A program made the translations under genes and the position numbers. From an uncultured Gammaproteobacteria bacterium (GTDB lineage Bacteria; Pseudomonadota; Gammaproteobacteria; SG8-11): a stretch of DNA of 64,000 nucleotides. Under the pieces are notes generated by a model that saw nothing but the letters and a program-made list of their open reading frames with translations, made no database searches and was not told the origin of the DNA. Positions within the stretch are counted from its first letter, which is position 1. Every line of letters begins with the position of its first letter. Shown here one piece after another: positions 9,202 through 18,826 of this stretch. The DNA lies in NCBI GenBank assembly GCA_964532385.1, contig CAZHHW010000001.1:27268-91267 (forward strand). Direction: 5' to 3'.

Positions 9202-10568
9202 GCGTATTTCGTGCAAGCCGCGTTGCCATTCTCGCTTTGTTATTGCACGCCTGTGCGGGCGGTAGCGAAACCGGGACCGGACTGAACAATGGCTCGGGTG
9301 GAAAGGATATGTCGGTGGGAACCATTACCAAATTCGGCAGCGTGTGGGTGAATGGGGTGGAATTTGAGACCACTGCGACGCAGGTTAAGCTGGAAGGCGC
9401 CAGCGCTCCCACCACGGCATTGAAGCTCGGCATGGTGGTTACGGTGAAAGGAAAAATTAATGCGGACGGCATCAGCGGCATTGCCGATACGATTTTGGCG
9501 GAAGAAGTCATCAAGGGGCCGATCAGCGCCATGGGCACCAATTCGTTCACTGTGTTAGGCCAGGACATCGTCGTGAACGAAGCCACCCGTTTCGAAGACA
9601 ATTTAATGCTCAATGCGCTAGCGGCAGGCGATCTGATCGAAGTCAGCGGCATCGTCAAAAGTGCCGGTGTGATTACTGCCACCCGGGTGGAGCGCAAAAC
9701 CGAATTGACGGAATACAAACTCATGGGTGTGGTCAGTTCACTGATGCCCGGTGCGCATACCTTCATGATCGGCGGATTAACCGTGAATTACGCGAATGTG
9801 GAATTACCAAGTGGCGTTCCCGCCGACGGTTCACTGGTGGAAGTAAAAGGCACGCTCGACGGCGGCGCGCTTGTGGCGACCGGGGTCAAGGTCCAGGCTT
9901 TGGAAGTTGCCGATGCGGATAAATTCGAAATCGAAGGCTACATCGATTCCGTGAGCGGAGGTGGGATGTTTACCGTTAATCATGTCAATGTGCAGACCTC
10001 CGCCGCGACGCAATTCAAAGCGGGATTGATCACCGATCTGGTCGCGGGTGCCTTCGTGGAAATCGAAGGCAGCTTGCAAGGCGGCGTCGTCACGGCGACC
10101 AACGTGGAATTTAGAGAGCCTGTGAAGCTGGAGGCGGATGTGGCCACCAACATCGGCAACACGCTGACCCTGGGCGGACTGGACTCACTCGCCGTGACGA
10201 TTAACAGTGAAACCGAATACGAAGGCGAGGTTACCGGCCCGATCGGTATTTTGCCGGGTGTTCACGTCGCGGTGCGCGGCCGATATAACGCCGGCACGCA
10301 TCAAGTGATTGCCACCCGTATCGAGGTGCAGGCCGACAGTGATCCGAAGGTTGTATTGCAGGGTCCGGTTGATGTGTTGGCCAACCCGTCGCTGACGTTG
10401 ATGGGTCTGTCTGTGGATACAACTGGCATAGTGGAATTCGAAGCGGACGGGGTGAATGACAGGGATTCATTCTTCGCCGCGGTGACGGTGGGTGACATCG
10501 TCAATCTCTCAGGCACATTGCCTTTGAGCGGGGTTGTAAATTGGGAAAGCATCGAGTTGGAGAATTAA
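9198..10568 (+). CDS. Multi-repeat lipoprotein (DUF5666-like), paralog B
   Basis: Lipobox 'LLLHAC'. It has the same repeat architecture as the 6709..8133 product. Confidence 0.6.
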   Translation: MSVFRASRVAILALLLHACAGGSETGTGLNNGSGGKDMSVGTITKFGSVWVNGVEFETTATQVKLEGASAPTTALKLGMVVTVKGKINADGISGIADTILAEEVIKGPISAMGTNSFTVLGQDIVVNEATRFEDNLMLNALAAGDLIEVSGIVKSAGVITATRVERKTELTEYKLMGVVSSLMPGAHTFMIGGLTVNYANVELPSGVPADGSLVEVKGTLDGGALVATGVKVQALEVADADKFEIEGYIDSVSGGGMFTVNHVNVQTSAATQFKAGLITDLVAGAFVEIEGSLQGGVVTATNVEFREPVKLEADVATNIGNTLTLGGLDSLAVTINSETEYEGEVTGPIGILPGVHVAVRGRYNAGTHQVIATRIEVQADSDPKVVLQGPVDVLANPSLTLMGLSVDTTGIVEFEADGVNDRDSFFAAVTVGDIVNLSGTLPLSGVVNWESIELEN

Positions 10569-10889
10569 TCACGGCTTCATATCAACTCTGGGTATCTTGA
10601 AGTCAAGCTCTGGCTCAGTCATGCGTGGCGTGAGCTTGCGATTATTTTATCCCTGGCGTCGTTCAACTCCACTACCAGTTATTAACTGAACTCAACCTTG
10701 AGGGCAGCTACGTGACCGCAGGATTAAAGCCGGATTCGACGATGACCCGGATTAATTTTGGATGCACAATATCATGGTGCTGAGCCTTCCTGTTTACCGG
10801 CGCCCGTATGACGAGGTAGTGAGTTCGCCGGCATGCATGCTGTTTGTCGATGTCGCCGATCAAAATGAATCCGTTTTTGAGGAAACCTC

Positions 10890-11426
10890 ATGGCCAACTC
10901 ATTTCAAGACCAATTGCTTAAAGCGGGGTTGGTGGATAGCAACAAGGTAAAAAAGGCCAATCGTGAAAAACATAAGCAAATAAAACAACAGCAGCACGCG
11001 CATGCCGTCACTCCCGATGCCGCCAAGCTTCATGCGCAGCAGGCCAGCGCGCAGAAGGCCGAGCGCGATCGCGAGCTGAATCGCCAGAAAGTGGAGCTGG
11101 AAAATAAAAAAGCGCTGGCCGCGCAAATCAGGCAATTGATAGAAACCCACCGGGTGCCCAAAGACGCGGGCGAGTGCGCCTATAATTTTCAGGACGGCAA
11201 CAAAATACAACGGATGTACATTACGGAATCCATGAGAAAACAAATCATGCGGGGCGAACTGATGATCGTGCGCTTGGGCGGCGATTATGAGCTGGTGTCG
11301 AAAAACATTGCCGATAAGATTGCGCAGCGCGCACCAGATCATGTTTTGACAATTAAAGATTCCTCGCAAGAGCCAACCGCAGGGGAATACGCGCAATACA
11401 AAATACCGGATGATTTGCTCTGGTAA
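10890..11426 (+). CDS. yaiL: YaiL/DUF2058-family nucleoprotein-like protein
   Basis: The N-terminus 'FQDQLLKAGLV' is followed by a K/Q-rich coiled region that is typical of DUF2058. Confidence 0.55.
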   Translation: MANSFQDQLLKAGLVDSNKVKKANREKHKQIKQQQHAHAVTPDAAKLHAQQASAQKAERDRELNRQKVELENKKALAAQIRQLIETHRVPKDAGECAYNFQDGNKIQRMYITESMRKQIMRGELMIVRLGGDYELVSKNIADKIAQRAPDHVLTIKDSSQEPTAGEYAQYKIPDDLLW

Positions 11427-12317
11427 ATGATGGCGCCTCAATCGGAAGCAAAATACGGGTTTCTCGACACCGCCATGGCGTCCTTATCCGCACAGTGGCG
11501 GAGCAGCAAGTTGCGCGATGCAACCTTTGCCGCGTTGTATTTTCTGCACTGGCAGATCCATGCGCACGGTCGGCGGTTTGCCGCACGCCGCTTCAGGTGC
11601 GACGCGCGTCCTGATCCCGCGCAATGGCTGAATGAACTGCGGCAGGTGGACGGCGCGGCGCGGGATGAGCTGTTGATCCGCTACTTCGAGCGTTACCAAT
11701 TTCTCGCCGTCATTCCAAATGTCAACATTGCGCTTGTCCATTGGTTGCAGGGCAGCTGGCCTCTGGTGTTGTGCGAACATGTGCCCTTGCCGGTCGAGGT
11801 GTTGGATTTCCAGGTCCGCGGCCTGCGCCCGGTAACACTCATTTGCGATACGGCACGCGCACGCATGGCGGTGTTGAGCAAGCCGGATGCGTTCGCGTTC
11901 ATGACGCACGACCTGGAACATGCGTACAAATTTTTTCACGCCGCGCGTTTGCATGAATTACAGCGGAATTTTTTTATCGCGCTGCAAGCAGCCCACCAGC
12001 GTAATGCATTTGCGTCCTACGCGTGCGATCCGGAATTTCGCGCGCGCTTCGACTATTTGATCAGCGACATGAACACGCATCCGGTGCACAGCTTGCAGTA
12101 TTTGCGCGCGATTTTGGTGGAGTATCATTTGCGTGCCGAACAGGGCGACATGCATCAAATGCTGTCGCCGGCGGCGCAAAGCGATGTGGCAGACACATTG
12201 CGTAAGCTGGAATTGGGCAGACCCGCGCAAGATGTACTGGAACAGTTGAGCAAGGGCGCGCTGCGCGGACAGGATGCGCGGATAATTGAACAGGCCTTGC
12301 TGAATTCTGCAATATAA
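11427..12317 (+). CDS. Hypothetical protein
   Basis: The ORF directly follows yaiL. It contains no recognisable motif. Confidence 0.4.
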   Translation: MMAPQSEAKYGFLDTAMASLSAQWRSSKLRDATFAALYFLHWQIHAHGRRFAARRFRCDARPDPAQWLNELRQVDGAARDELLIRYFERYQFLAVIPNVNIALVHWLQGSWPLVLCEHVPLPVEVLDFQVRGLRPVTLICDTARARMAVLSKPDAFAFMTHDLEHAYKFFHAARLHELQRNFFIALQAAHQRNAFASYACDPEFRARFDYLISDMNTHPVHSLQYLRAILVEYHLRAEQGDMHQMLSPAAQSDVADTLRKLELGRPAQDVLEQLSKGALRGQDARIIEQALLNSAI

Positions 12318-12367
12318 TGCGGGCAGAAGGCTTTCTTTCCGTACGGCATGTCGATGAGGACCACAAG

Positions 12368-13288
12368 ATGATGCGTTGGCTCTGGCTTGCAATTGCCGTG
12401 ATGTATACGGTGTCGACACAAGCGGCGTTACCCGCGCCCAAGGTGGAAAAACTTTCCGAACGCGTGTACGTCTTGCTTGGCCCTGAAGGATTGCCGGATA
12501 AAACTAACCAGGGTTACATGGTTAACAGTACCGTGATCATCGGCGAGCAGGGCGTGATCCTGATCGACACCGGGTTCAACGATGAAATCGGCACGCACAT
12601 CAAGCAGACCATTGCGAAGCTCACCGCCAAACCGGTCACGCATATTATCAATACCCATCATCACGGCGATCACACGTTGGGCAATAGCGCTTTTCCAGGC
12701 GCGCAGGTGTTCAGTTCACAACAATGCAAAGAACTGCTTGAGAAGGTGGGCTATGACTGGATCAACATCATCCAGACTGTGCTGGAGCGTAAATTCCCCA
12801 ACACCAAGCTGGTGCCGGCGAGCATTACATTGGCCGCCGACAGTACCACGGAGCGCGTCCTCGACGGTGTGAAACTACGTTTTATCGTGCCGTCAGGTTC
12901 CCATACGCCGGGTGATCTGCTGATTGTTCTGCCTGACGAAAAAATCCTGATCGCGGGCGATATCCTGGTCCAGCACATGTCGCCCAGTTTCCGCGATGCG
13001 CATGTCAAGCACTGGATCAATACGCTCGCCAAGATCGAGGCGATGGACATCAAGACCATTGTCCCGGGGCATGGGCCAATAATGCTGCCCGCACAGGTGC
13101 CAGAAATGCGCACGCGCATGTCCAAGCTGTATGCGGCGGTGGAAGCGGGTTATAAAAAAGGACTCACCGACGCCGAAATACGCAACACGCTGGATTTGAG
13201 CGAGTGGCGCAACCTGGTGAGCTTTGAACAATTGATGGGCGGCATCATCAACCGCACCTTTCTTGAAATCGAACAGGATAATTTCTGA
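12368..13288 (+). CDS. Secreted MBL-fold metallo-hydrolase
   Basis: The 'THHHGDH' motif is present. A signal peptide begins at the internal Met 'MMRWLWLAIAV'. Confidence 0.7.
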   Translation: MMRWLWLAIAVMYTVSTQAALPAPKVEKLSERVYVLLGPEGLPDKTNQGYMVNSTVIIGEQGVILIDTGFNDEIGTHIKQTIAKLTAKPVTHIINTHHHGDHTLGNSAFPGAQVFSSQQCKELLEKVGYDWINIIQTVLERKFPNTKLVPASITLAADSTTERVLDGVKLRFIVPSGSHTPGDLLIVLPDEKILIAGDILVQHMSPSFRDAHVKHWINTLAKIEAMDIKTIVPGHGPIMLPAQVPEMRTRMSKLYAAVEAGYKKGLTDAEIRNTLDLSEWRNLVSFEQLMGGIINRTFLEIEQDNF

Positions 13289-13539
13289 TGGACTGCCGTC
13301 CGGGCTGCGGCGCATGTTGCATTGCACCGTCGATTACATCATTCATTCCCGGCATGCCACACGGCAAACCCGCGGGGGTACGGTGTTTTCAGCTCAGTGA
13401 GGATTTTCGCTGCCGATTGTTCGGTTTAGCGGAACGCCCGGCGGTGTGTCGCGGGTTTCGTGCCGCGCCCGATACGTGCGGCATCAGCCCGGCGGACGGT
13501 TTGGCCATACTCACGCGCCTGGAAGCGGACACGCGCTAA
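13288..13539 (+). CDS. YkgJ-family Cys-cluster (Fe-S/Zn) protein
   Basis: The N-terminus carries the Cys pattern 'CGACC' characteristic of the YkgJ family. ATGA overlap with the MBL gene. Confidence 0.5.
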   Translation: MDCRPGCGACCIAPSITSFIPGMPHGKPAGVRCFQLSEDFRCRLFGLAERPAVCRGFRAAPDTCGISPADGLAILTRLEADTR

Positions 13540-13566
13540 ATCGATCATCAGAACAATAAAAGGCAG

Positions 13567-14649
13567 TCAGCGTAACTGCGCGATGATTTTACGGATTGCC
13601 GTTTCATTTTCCTCGATGCGAGCGGTGAGTTGAAACTGCACCCGGGCACGATGCAGGTTCTGACCGGGCGCAGCGATTTTGAAATACACGTTGCCTTCAA
13701 GATGGTCGGCAAGAAATCGCAATCCAAGTTCAAAGGGGAGCAGCCGGATCGCGTCGTACATGAAGTCAAAATCTGGCCCTGTCAGAAAGCCGCGTGCGGC
13801 TTCGACATAGCCGTGCAGAATCGCACCGCATATTTCCAGATCGAATTGCGTTGCTTCCGAGTCGTGCGCGGATTCGCCGCCGCGGTTGCAACACGAGCGC
13901 AGGCAGTCGCCCAAGTCGTAGTGAATCAAGCCGGGTTGCACGGTGTCGAGGTCGATCAGACTCAGCACGCGGTCACTGTCCGCAGCGAATAAAAAATTGT
14001 CAAGTTTTGGATCGCCGTGGGTCGCGCGCAGCCGCAACGCGCCGGAGTTCTTGCCTTGTTCGAGAGTGCCGGCCAGAGCACGCCGGGCCGCGACAAAATC
14101 GCAGGCCGCCGTCGCAGGAGTGTCGATGGCGGTGCGCGCGCACACCGCGTCGAAGTGCGCCAGATAATCCGGCGCGATGTGGAAACCCGGCAGCGTGGTA
14201 TGCAAACGTTCGGCGGGCAAGGTATCGAGCAACGCGTGAAAACTGCCCAGCGCATGACCGATGTGATAGGCCTGCGTTGAGTCGGCGAGCGTTTCGAGTG
14301 CGCGCGTGCCGGCGATGAAATGCAAGGCGCGCCAGTAACAACCCTCGGCATCAAGCACGAAATCGCGTCCGTCGCGAGCGCGATACAGGCCGGGGATCTG
14401 CAACTGGGTGCCGGGTCGTGACGCGGTGTGTTGCGCATGATCAAGCAGGCAGCGCAGGTTTTCCATGATGTGTTGCGGTTGAGGAAAAACCTTGGGATTG
14501 ATACGTTGCAGGATGGCGCTGCGCGCGGGCACGCTGTCGATCACGGCGAGATAGGTATCGTTGATCAGACCGCGTCCGTACTCCTGCACATCGCGCAGCG
14601 GCGCACCGAAGTCGAACTGCCGCGCGATGGCCAACGCGGCGCCGTTCAC
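13567..14649 (-). CDS. APH/ChoK-like phosphotransferase (kinase fold)
   Basis: 'HGDPKLDN' is a Brenner-type catalytic motif and 'IDLD' is the metal-binding Asp. The gene overlaps the upstream M48 gene by 4 nt. Confidence 0.6.
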   Translation of the reverse strand: MNGAALAIARQFDFGAPLRDVQEYGRGLINDTYLAVIDSVPARSAILQRINPKVFPQPQHIMENLRCLLDHAQHTASRPGTQLQIPGLYRARDGRDFVLDAEGCYWRALHFIAGTRALETLADSTQAYHIGHALGSFHALLDTLPAERLHTTLPGFHIAPDYLAHFDAVCARTAIDTPATAACDFVAARRALAGTLEQGKNSGALRLRATHGDPKLDNFLFAADSDRVLSLIDLDTVQPGLIHYDLGDCLRSCCNRGGESAHDSEATQFDLEICGAILHGYVEAARGFLTGPDFDFMYDAIRLLPFELGLRFLADHLEGNVYFKIAAPGQNLHRARVQFQLTARIEENETAIRKIIAQLR

Positions 14650-16271
14650 TCGGCCAGTTCCGCGGAAAATATTTTTACGCTCACGCGTGCCAGATCTTGA
14701 TCCGTGGGCAGCGGGCCGACGCGGGTCGATTCCGTGATGGATTCGCGCGGACTAAGGATGGAGGTTAACGAGAGCGAACCCTGCGCGGCGATTTGACCGG
14801 CTTTATCGAACCAGGCCACGGCAATTTTTAGGTTCTTGATTTTGACCGGCGAACGATTTTGCACGCTCACGGTGATGTAACCCCGCGCATCGCGCGCGGC
14901 ATCCACGCCAATGTATTTTTCCGGATTATCGCTCAGATCCAGACGGGCAAGCTGGAAAGTAGCACGTTTGCCGATCTCGGCGTCGGACTGCGCGGCTTGC
15001 ATGAAATTTTGCTTGGCGTTTTCCTTATCATTACGTTTGAGAGCGTCCTCGCCCAGCGCGAAATGCGCCACGGCGGTGGGTAAAAGCGCTACGCTTTTTT
15101 CCAGATCGGCACGTGCGGCGGGGTCGCGCATTTGTTGTTTGATTAATCCGCGTTGCAAATAAAATTGAAAATAATCGCGGTTACGCGCAATCGCCAGATC
15201 GAAATCCGCCAGTGCCTCAAGCAGGCGTTTTTGCTTGATCCGGGCATCGCCGCGTAAACCGTAAAATAATGCTTCGCGCGGTTCGATTTTGATCGCGGCT
15301 TCGGCCGCCGCCAAGGCAGCATTGGCATTATTTGCGGTCAGTGCTTTACGGCCTTCGTCGAGTTTGTTGTATGCCTCGCGGGTTTTTTTCAGCGAGGCGA
15401 TACGCGCTTGATAAGACTCGGCACCTAAGGTTCCCGATCCGGCCAGAGTCGCCGCGTTGGCCTTGTTGGCTTCCACGCGTTCCTGCGACGGAGGATGGGA
15501 GGCGAATAGGCCTTCCAGCCAGTTGGCTTTTTCGCCTTTGGACAAGCGCACGAAAGTTTCTTGCAGCGTGACGGCCGCACGCGGATCGTAACCCGCGCGG
15601 GCCATCATGGCGGTGCCGTAGCGATCCGACTCCATTTCGGCGTCGCGGCCGTATTTTTTACCGATGAGCTGGGCGCCCAGCGCACCGGCGCCCACCAGTA
15701 ACGCGCCGCCGTCTTTGTCACCCACCGCAACCCCCAAACCCATCACGCCGGCTTGCAATAACATGCCACGCTCCATTGCCTTGGCGCCGTGGCGTGCCGC
15801 GGCATGCACAATTTCGTGGCCCAGTACCGCGGCAAGTTCCGCCTCGTTGTTCAGTTCCAGCAGCAAGCCGCGGTTCACCGCGATTTTTCCGCCCGGCAAC
15901 GCCCATGCATTGGGCACGGAATTATTGAGCACACTGAATTCATAGGGCAGATCGGGTCGCTCGCTGACCGCGGCTAATTTTTTGCCCACATTGCCGACGT
16001 AATCGCCAAGTTCGGGATCGACGTTCCAGTCGCCGCCTTGCGATTGCCGCGAGGCGAGGTAATTTTGCACACCGATTTGGATTTCCTGTTGTTCCGATAC
16101 CAGTTGCAGTTCGGTTTTACCCGTGACCGGATTACGTGCGCAGGCAACCAGAAGGGTCAGGAACAATGCCGCAGTTAGCCCCGGGGCTAACCGAATAACA
16201 GGGCGAAGTACACACATGGACAGGCACAGGATCAGTGAATCAAGGCGCACAGTATATCGTACCCGGCGCAT
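14646..16271 (-). CDS. Periplasmic M48-family Zn-metalloprotease with TPR domain (BepA-like) and extra C-terminal domain
   Basis: HExxH motif 'HEIVH'. N-terminal signal/TM segment. TPR helices follow the protease domain. Confidence 0.7.
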   Translation of the reverse strand: MRRVRYTVRLDSLILCLSMCVLRPVIRLAPGLTAALFLTLLVACARNPVTGKTELQLVSEQQEIQIGVQNYLASRQSQGGDWNVDPELGDYVGNVGKKLAAVSERPDLPYEFSVLNNSVPNAWALPGGKIAVNRGLLLELNNEAELAAVLGHEIVHAAARHGAKAMERGMLLQAGVMGLGVAVGDKDGGALLVGAGALGAQLIGKKYGRDAEMESDRYGTAMMARAGYDPRAAVTLQETFVRLSKGEKANWLEGLFASHPPSQERVEANKANAATLAGSGTLGAESYQARIASLKKTREAYNKLDEGRKALTANNANAALAAAEAAIKIEPREALFYGLRGDARIKQKRLLEALADFDLAIARNRDYFQFYLQRGLIKQQMRDPAARADLEKSVALLPTAVAHFALGEDALKRNDKENAKQNFMQAAQSDAEIGKRATFQLARLDLSDNPEKYIGVDAARDARGYITVSVQNRSPVKIKNLKIAVAWFDKAGQIAAQGSLSLTSILSPRESITESTRVGPLPTDQDLARVSVKIFSAELAE

Positions 16272-16283
16272 GTTTTACCGCGA

Positions 16284-17936
16284 TTAGGGGGATTTCGCGC
16301 TGGGGGCAGGGGTTGCCCGCACAGTTTTTTCGGTGAGGTTGCGGTAGCTGAGCAGCACTTTCTGATAACGCTCATTGGCCGGTGCGATGTGCATGACGCG
16401 GGCGAGGAACACTTCGGTTTGTTGCGCCGCTTTATTGTTCACGCCGGTTTTCTGCATGAGCGCGATCAACGACAAGGCCGCATTGAGATTGATAGTGATG
16501 TTTTCCGGCATGGCGCGCGCCGCCTGCAGAAACAGTTCGATGGATTCTTCCAGCTTGCCCTGCTTCACCAGTTCCACGCCCTTGTTGTTGGTGCCCACGA
16601 CTTCCTGGCGGGTTATTTCCAGCATGTCGGCCAGACCCGCCTGCCCGCTGGACTCGCAGATGGCTTTGACTTTATCGAGCATTTTGCTGTCTTCGTGATT
16701 ATTGCGAATCACATGTTTGAGCAGTTCATTCCCGTGTTGACTTTTTCCCAGGGCGAGGCAGGCTTCCGCCAGCTCCAGTGCGGTCGTGGTGGGTAGATTG
16801 CCGGGATTTTGCGCATACAGCGACATAACCTGCTCCAAGGCCTTTTCACTTTCCGCCGTTTTGCCGGTTTCCTTGTACACCAGCGACTGAATCACCGCCG
16901 ATTGCAATTGCACCGCGCCGCCGCTTTTCTGGAATTCGCTGGTCATCGCCCCGACAATTTTTTCCGCTTCGCCGGGCGCATCTTTTTTCAGATACACCTT
17001 GGCCAGGCCGCCGAATTCGGCGGGGCTGCGATGCACGGAATTCCGGCCTTCGCGCACCACATGTTTGAATGACTGTTCGGCGGTGGCCAGATCATTGTTC
17101 TCGAGTGCAATCTCACCCAGCGACTTCTGCCGCAAAATCGCCTTGGGTGAAATCCGGATGGCATCCTCCAGCGCTTCTTGAGCGCTGTTATTGTCACCCA
17201 GCGCCTTGTGCACTTTGGCCAGCCAATCGTAGGCCAGCACATACTTACTGTTTAAGTTGATCAGGTCTTCGAAACTGGTGCGCGCCTGCGCATAATGCCC
17301 GAGGTGAAAGTAGGTTTGCCCCAGGCCAAAGCGCGCCCAGGAAAAATCGCGCGTCTCCAAGGCTTTTTCATAAATGCGTTTGGCCGCTTCGAAATCGCCG
17401 ATGCGCTGCAACAGATCGCCCTTAAGTCTGGTCAGCTCCAAGGTGTTTTTGGAAGCGGCGGCGATTTGCGCATCGCACAGCTCGATGGCGTTGTGATATT
17501 TTTTTTCGTCGAGCGCGCGTGCGATATCGTGCAAGCCCTGCTTACGTTCCTGCAATTTAGCCAGGCGCGTCTGCAGAACCAACTTGGTGAACGGCTTCAC
17601 CAGATAATCGTCGGGCTGATATTCAACCGCCCCCATGACCATGTTCGAAGTATTTTCCGCCGTAACCAAAATAAAGATGGAGGAGTACGGCAGCAGGTTG
17701 CGTTCCTTGGCTTCTTCCAGCACCTGCTGCCCGTCCTTGCCTTCGCCCAGGCTGTAGTCGCACAACACGATCTGCATGGTTTGCTTGTGCATCGCCTCGA
17801 CTGCTTCGTCGCCGTTGCGCACCTCGGTGAGTTTGTTCGCACCAAACGGAACCAGCATCGAGCGCATCATGGAGCGCATTTCGGGAAAATCGTCCACGAT
17901 CAGGATATTCAGATCTTTGAGGGTCCACAGGGCCAT
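16284..17936 (-). CDS. Response regulator (REC domain) fused to a long TPR domain
   Basis: 'ILIVDD...' is followed by the phospho-acceptor region 'LCD' and the 'KP' motif. The remaining ~400 aa are TPR-like. Confidence 0.7.
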   Translation of the reverse strand: MALWTLKDLNILIVDDFPEMRSMMRSMLVPFGANKLTEVRNGDEAVEAMHKQTMQIVLCDYSLGEGKDGQQVLEEAKERNLLPYSSIFILVTAENTSNMVMGAVEYQPDDYLVKPFTKLVLQTRLAKLQERKQGLHDIARALDEKKYHNAIELCDAQIAAASKNTLELTRLKGDLLQRIGDFEAAKRIYEKALETRDFSWARFGLGQTYFHLGHYAQARTSFEDLINLNSKYVLAYDWLAKVHKALGDNNSAQEALEDAIRISPKAILRQKSLGEIALENNDLATAEQSFKHVVREGRNSVHRSPAEFGGLAKVYLKKDAPGEAEKIVGAMTSEFQKSGGAVQLQSAVIQSLVYKETGKTAESEKALEQVMSLYAQNPGNLPTTTALELAEACLALGKSQHGNELLKHVIRNNHEDSKMLDKVKAICESSGQAGLADMLEITRQEVVGTNNKGVELVKQGKLEESIELFLQAARAMPENITINLNAALSLIALMQKTGVNNKAAQQTEVFLARVMHIAPANERYQKVLLSYRNLTEKTVRATPAPSAKSP

Positions 17937-18056
17937 AAGCTAGGCATCTCGATTGGTTGCCTGATGCGTATCGGCAGCGGCGCTGCCGTCTTTATAGAAA
18001 CCAGCGTGCGCGCCGTTAATGTAGCGGCGAACAATTCAAGTTTTCGAGGTCCAACG

Positions 18057-18743
18057 ATGAGCGGCGGCGATCCATTAAATTTCTCCATGATTCTGGCCAG
18101 TGGCGTGCACGACATGAAGAATTCCCTGAGCATGCTGCTGGGTACGCTGGATCAGTTGGGCGGCGAATGCGCGCAAACCTGTCCGGCGGGAGATAAAATC
18201 AATCAGCTGCGTTATCAGGGCCAGCGTCTGAACAGCGACTTGGTGCAGTTATTGTCAATTTACAAAATCGAGCACCAGCAATATTCGCCGAATATCGAAG
18301 AGCATGATTTAAGCGATTTTTTGCAGGAATGCGTCAACACCCATGAACCCCTGCTGACTCCGCGCGGTATCGTTATCGAATCCGTATGCGCCGCCGGGCT
18401 GACCGGATATTTCGACCGCGAAATGGTGGCGGGAGTAATCAACAATGTGGTCAACAACGCCTACAAATACTCGAAGGACAAGATTCGCCTGAGTGCCGCG
18501 AGCGACGGCGGCTATGTGACGCTCTCGGTGGCCGATAACGGCCGCGGTTACCCGCCCAGCATGGTGCGTACCGGCGGTGTGCAGGCCGGTCCCACGGATT
18601 TCAAGTCGGGCAGTACTTCGCTGGGATTGTATTTCGCGTCGTTGATTGCCCACATGCACAGTAACAAAGGCAAGCACGGCTATATCCGCTGCGCTAACGA
18701 GGGAATTGATGGCGGCGGAAATTTTTCGATCATGCTACCTTGA
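18057..18743 (+). CDS. Cytoplasmic sensor-less histidine kinase (HisKA-like H-box + HATPase_c)
   Basis: 'HDMKNSL' is the H-box, and 'NNVVNNAYKYS' with 'DNGRG' are the N and G boxes. A Shine-Dalgarno GAGG lies 9 nt upstream of the ATG. The tracked ORF extension to 17295 overlaps the response regulator antisense and is rejected. Confidence 0.6.
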   Translation: MSGGDPLNFSMILASGVHDMKNSLSMLLGTLDQLGGECAQTCPAGDKINQLRYQGQRLNSDLVQLLSIYKIEHQQYSPNIEEHDLSDFLQECVNTHEPLLTPRGIVIESVCAAGLTGYFDREMVAGVINNVVNNAYKYSKDKIRLSAASDGGYVTLSVADNGRGYPPSMVRTGGVQAGPTDFKSGSTSLGLYFASLIAHMHSNKGKHGYIRCANEGIDGGGNFSIMLP

Positions 18744-18826
18744 TTTCGAGGTTGAGCATGCCATGCCGGTAATCGCCCCATTTGAAATAGGAAAAAGCCC
18801 CGCGCGCTACGCTGGAGAGCATTTTT

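Noticed and set aside
10569-10889. 320-bp non-coding spacer after the second repeat-lipoprotein gene (possible sRNA)
   Set aside because: No convincing promoter/terminator pair or conserved structure is visible by eye. It contains only a short GCATGCATGC palindrome.
17295-18056. 5' extension of the histidine-kinase ORF back to 17295
   Set aside because: It overlaps the response-regulator gene on the opposite strand. The kinase domain starts at the Met at 18057, which has a Shine-Dalgarno.
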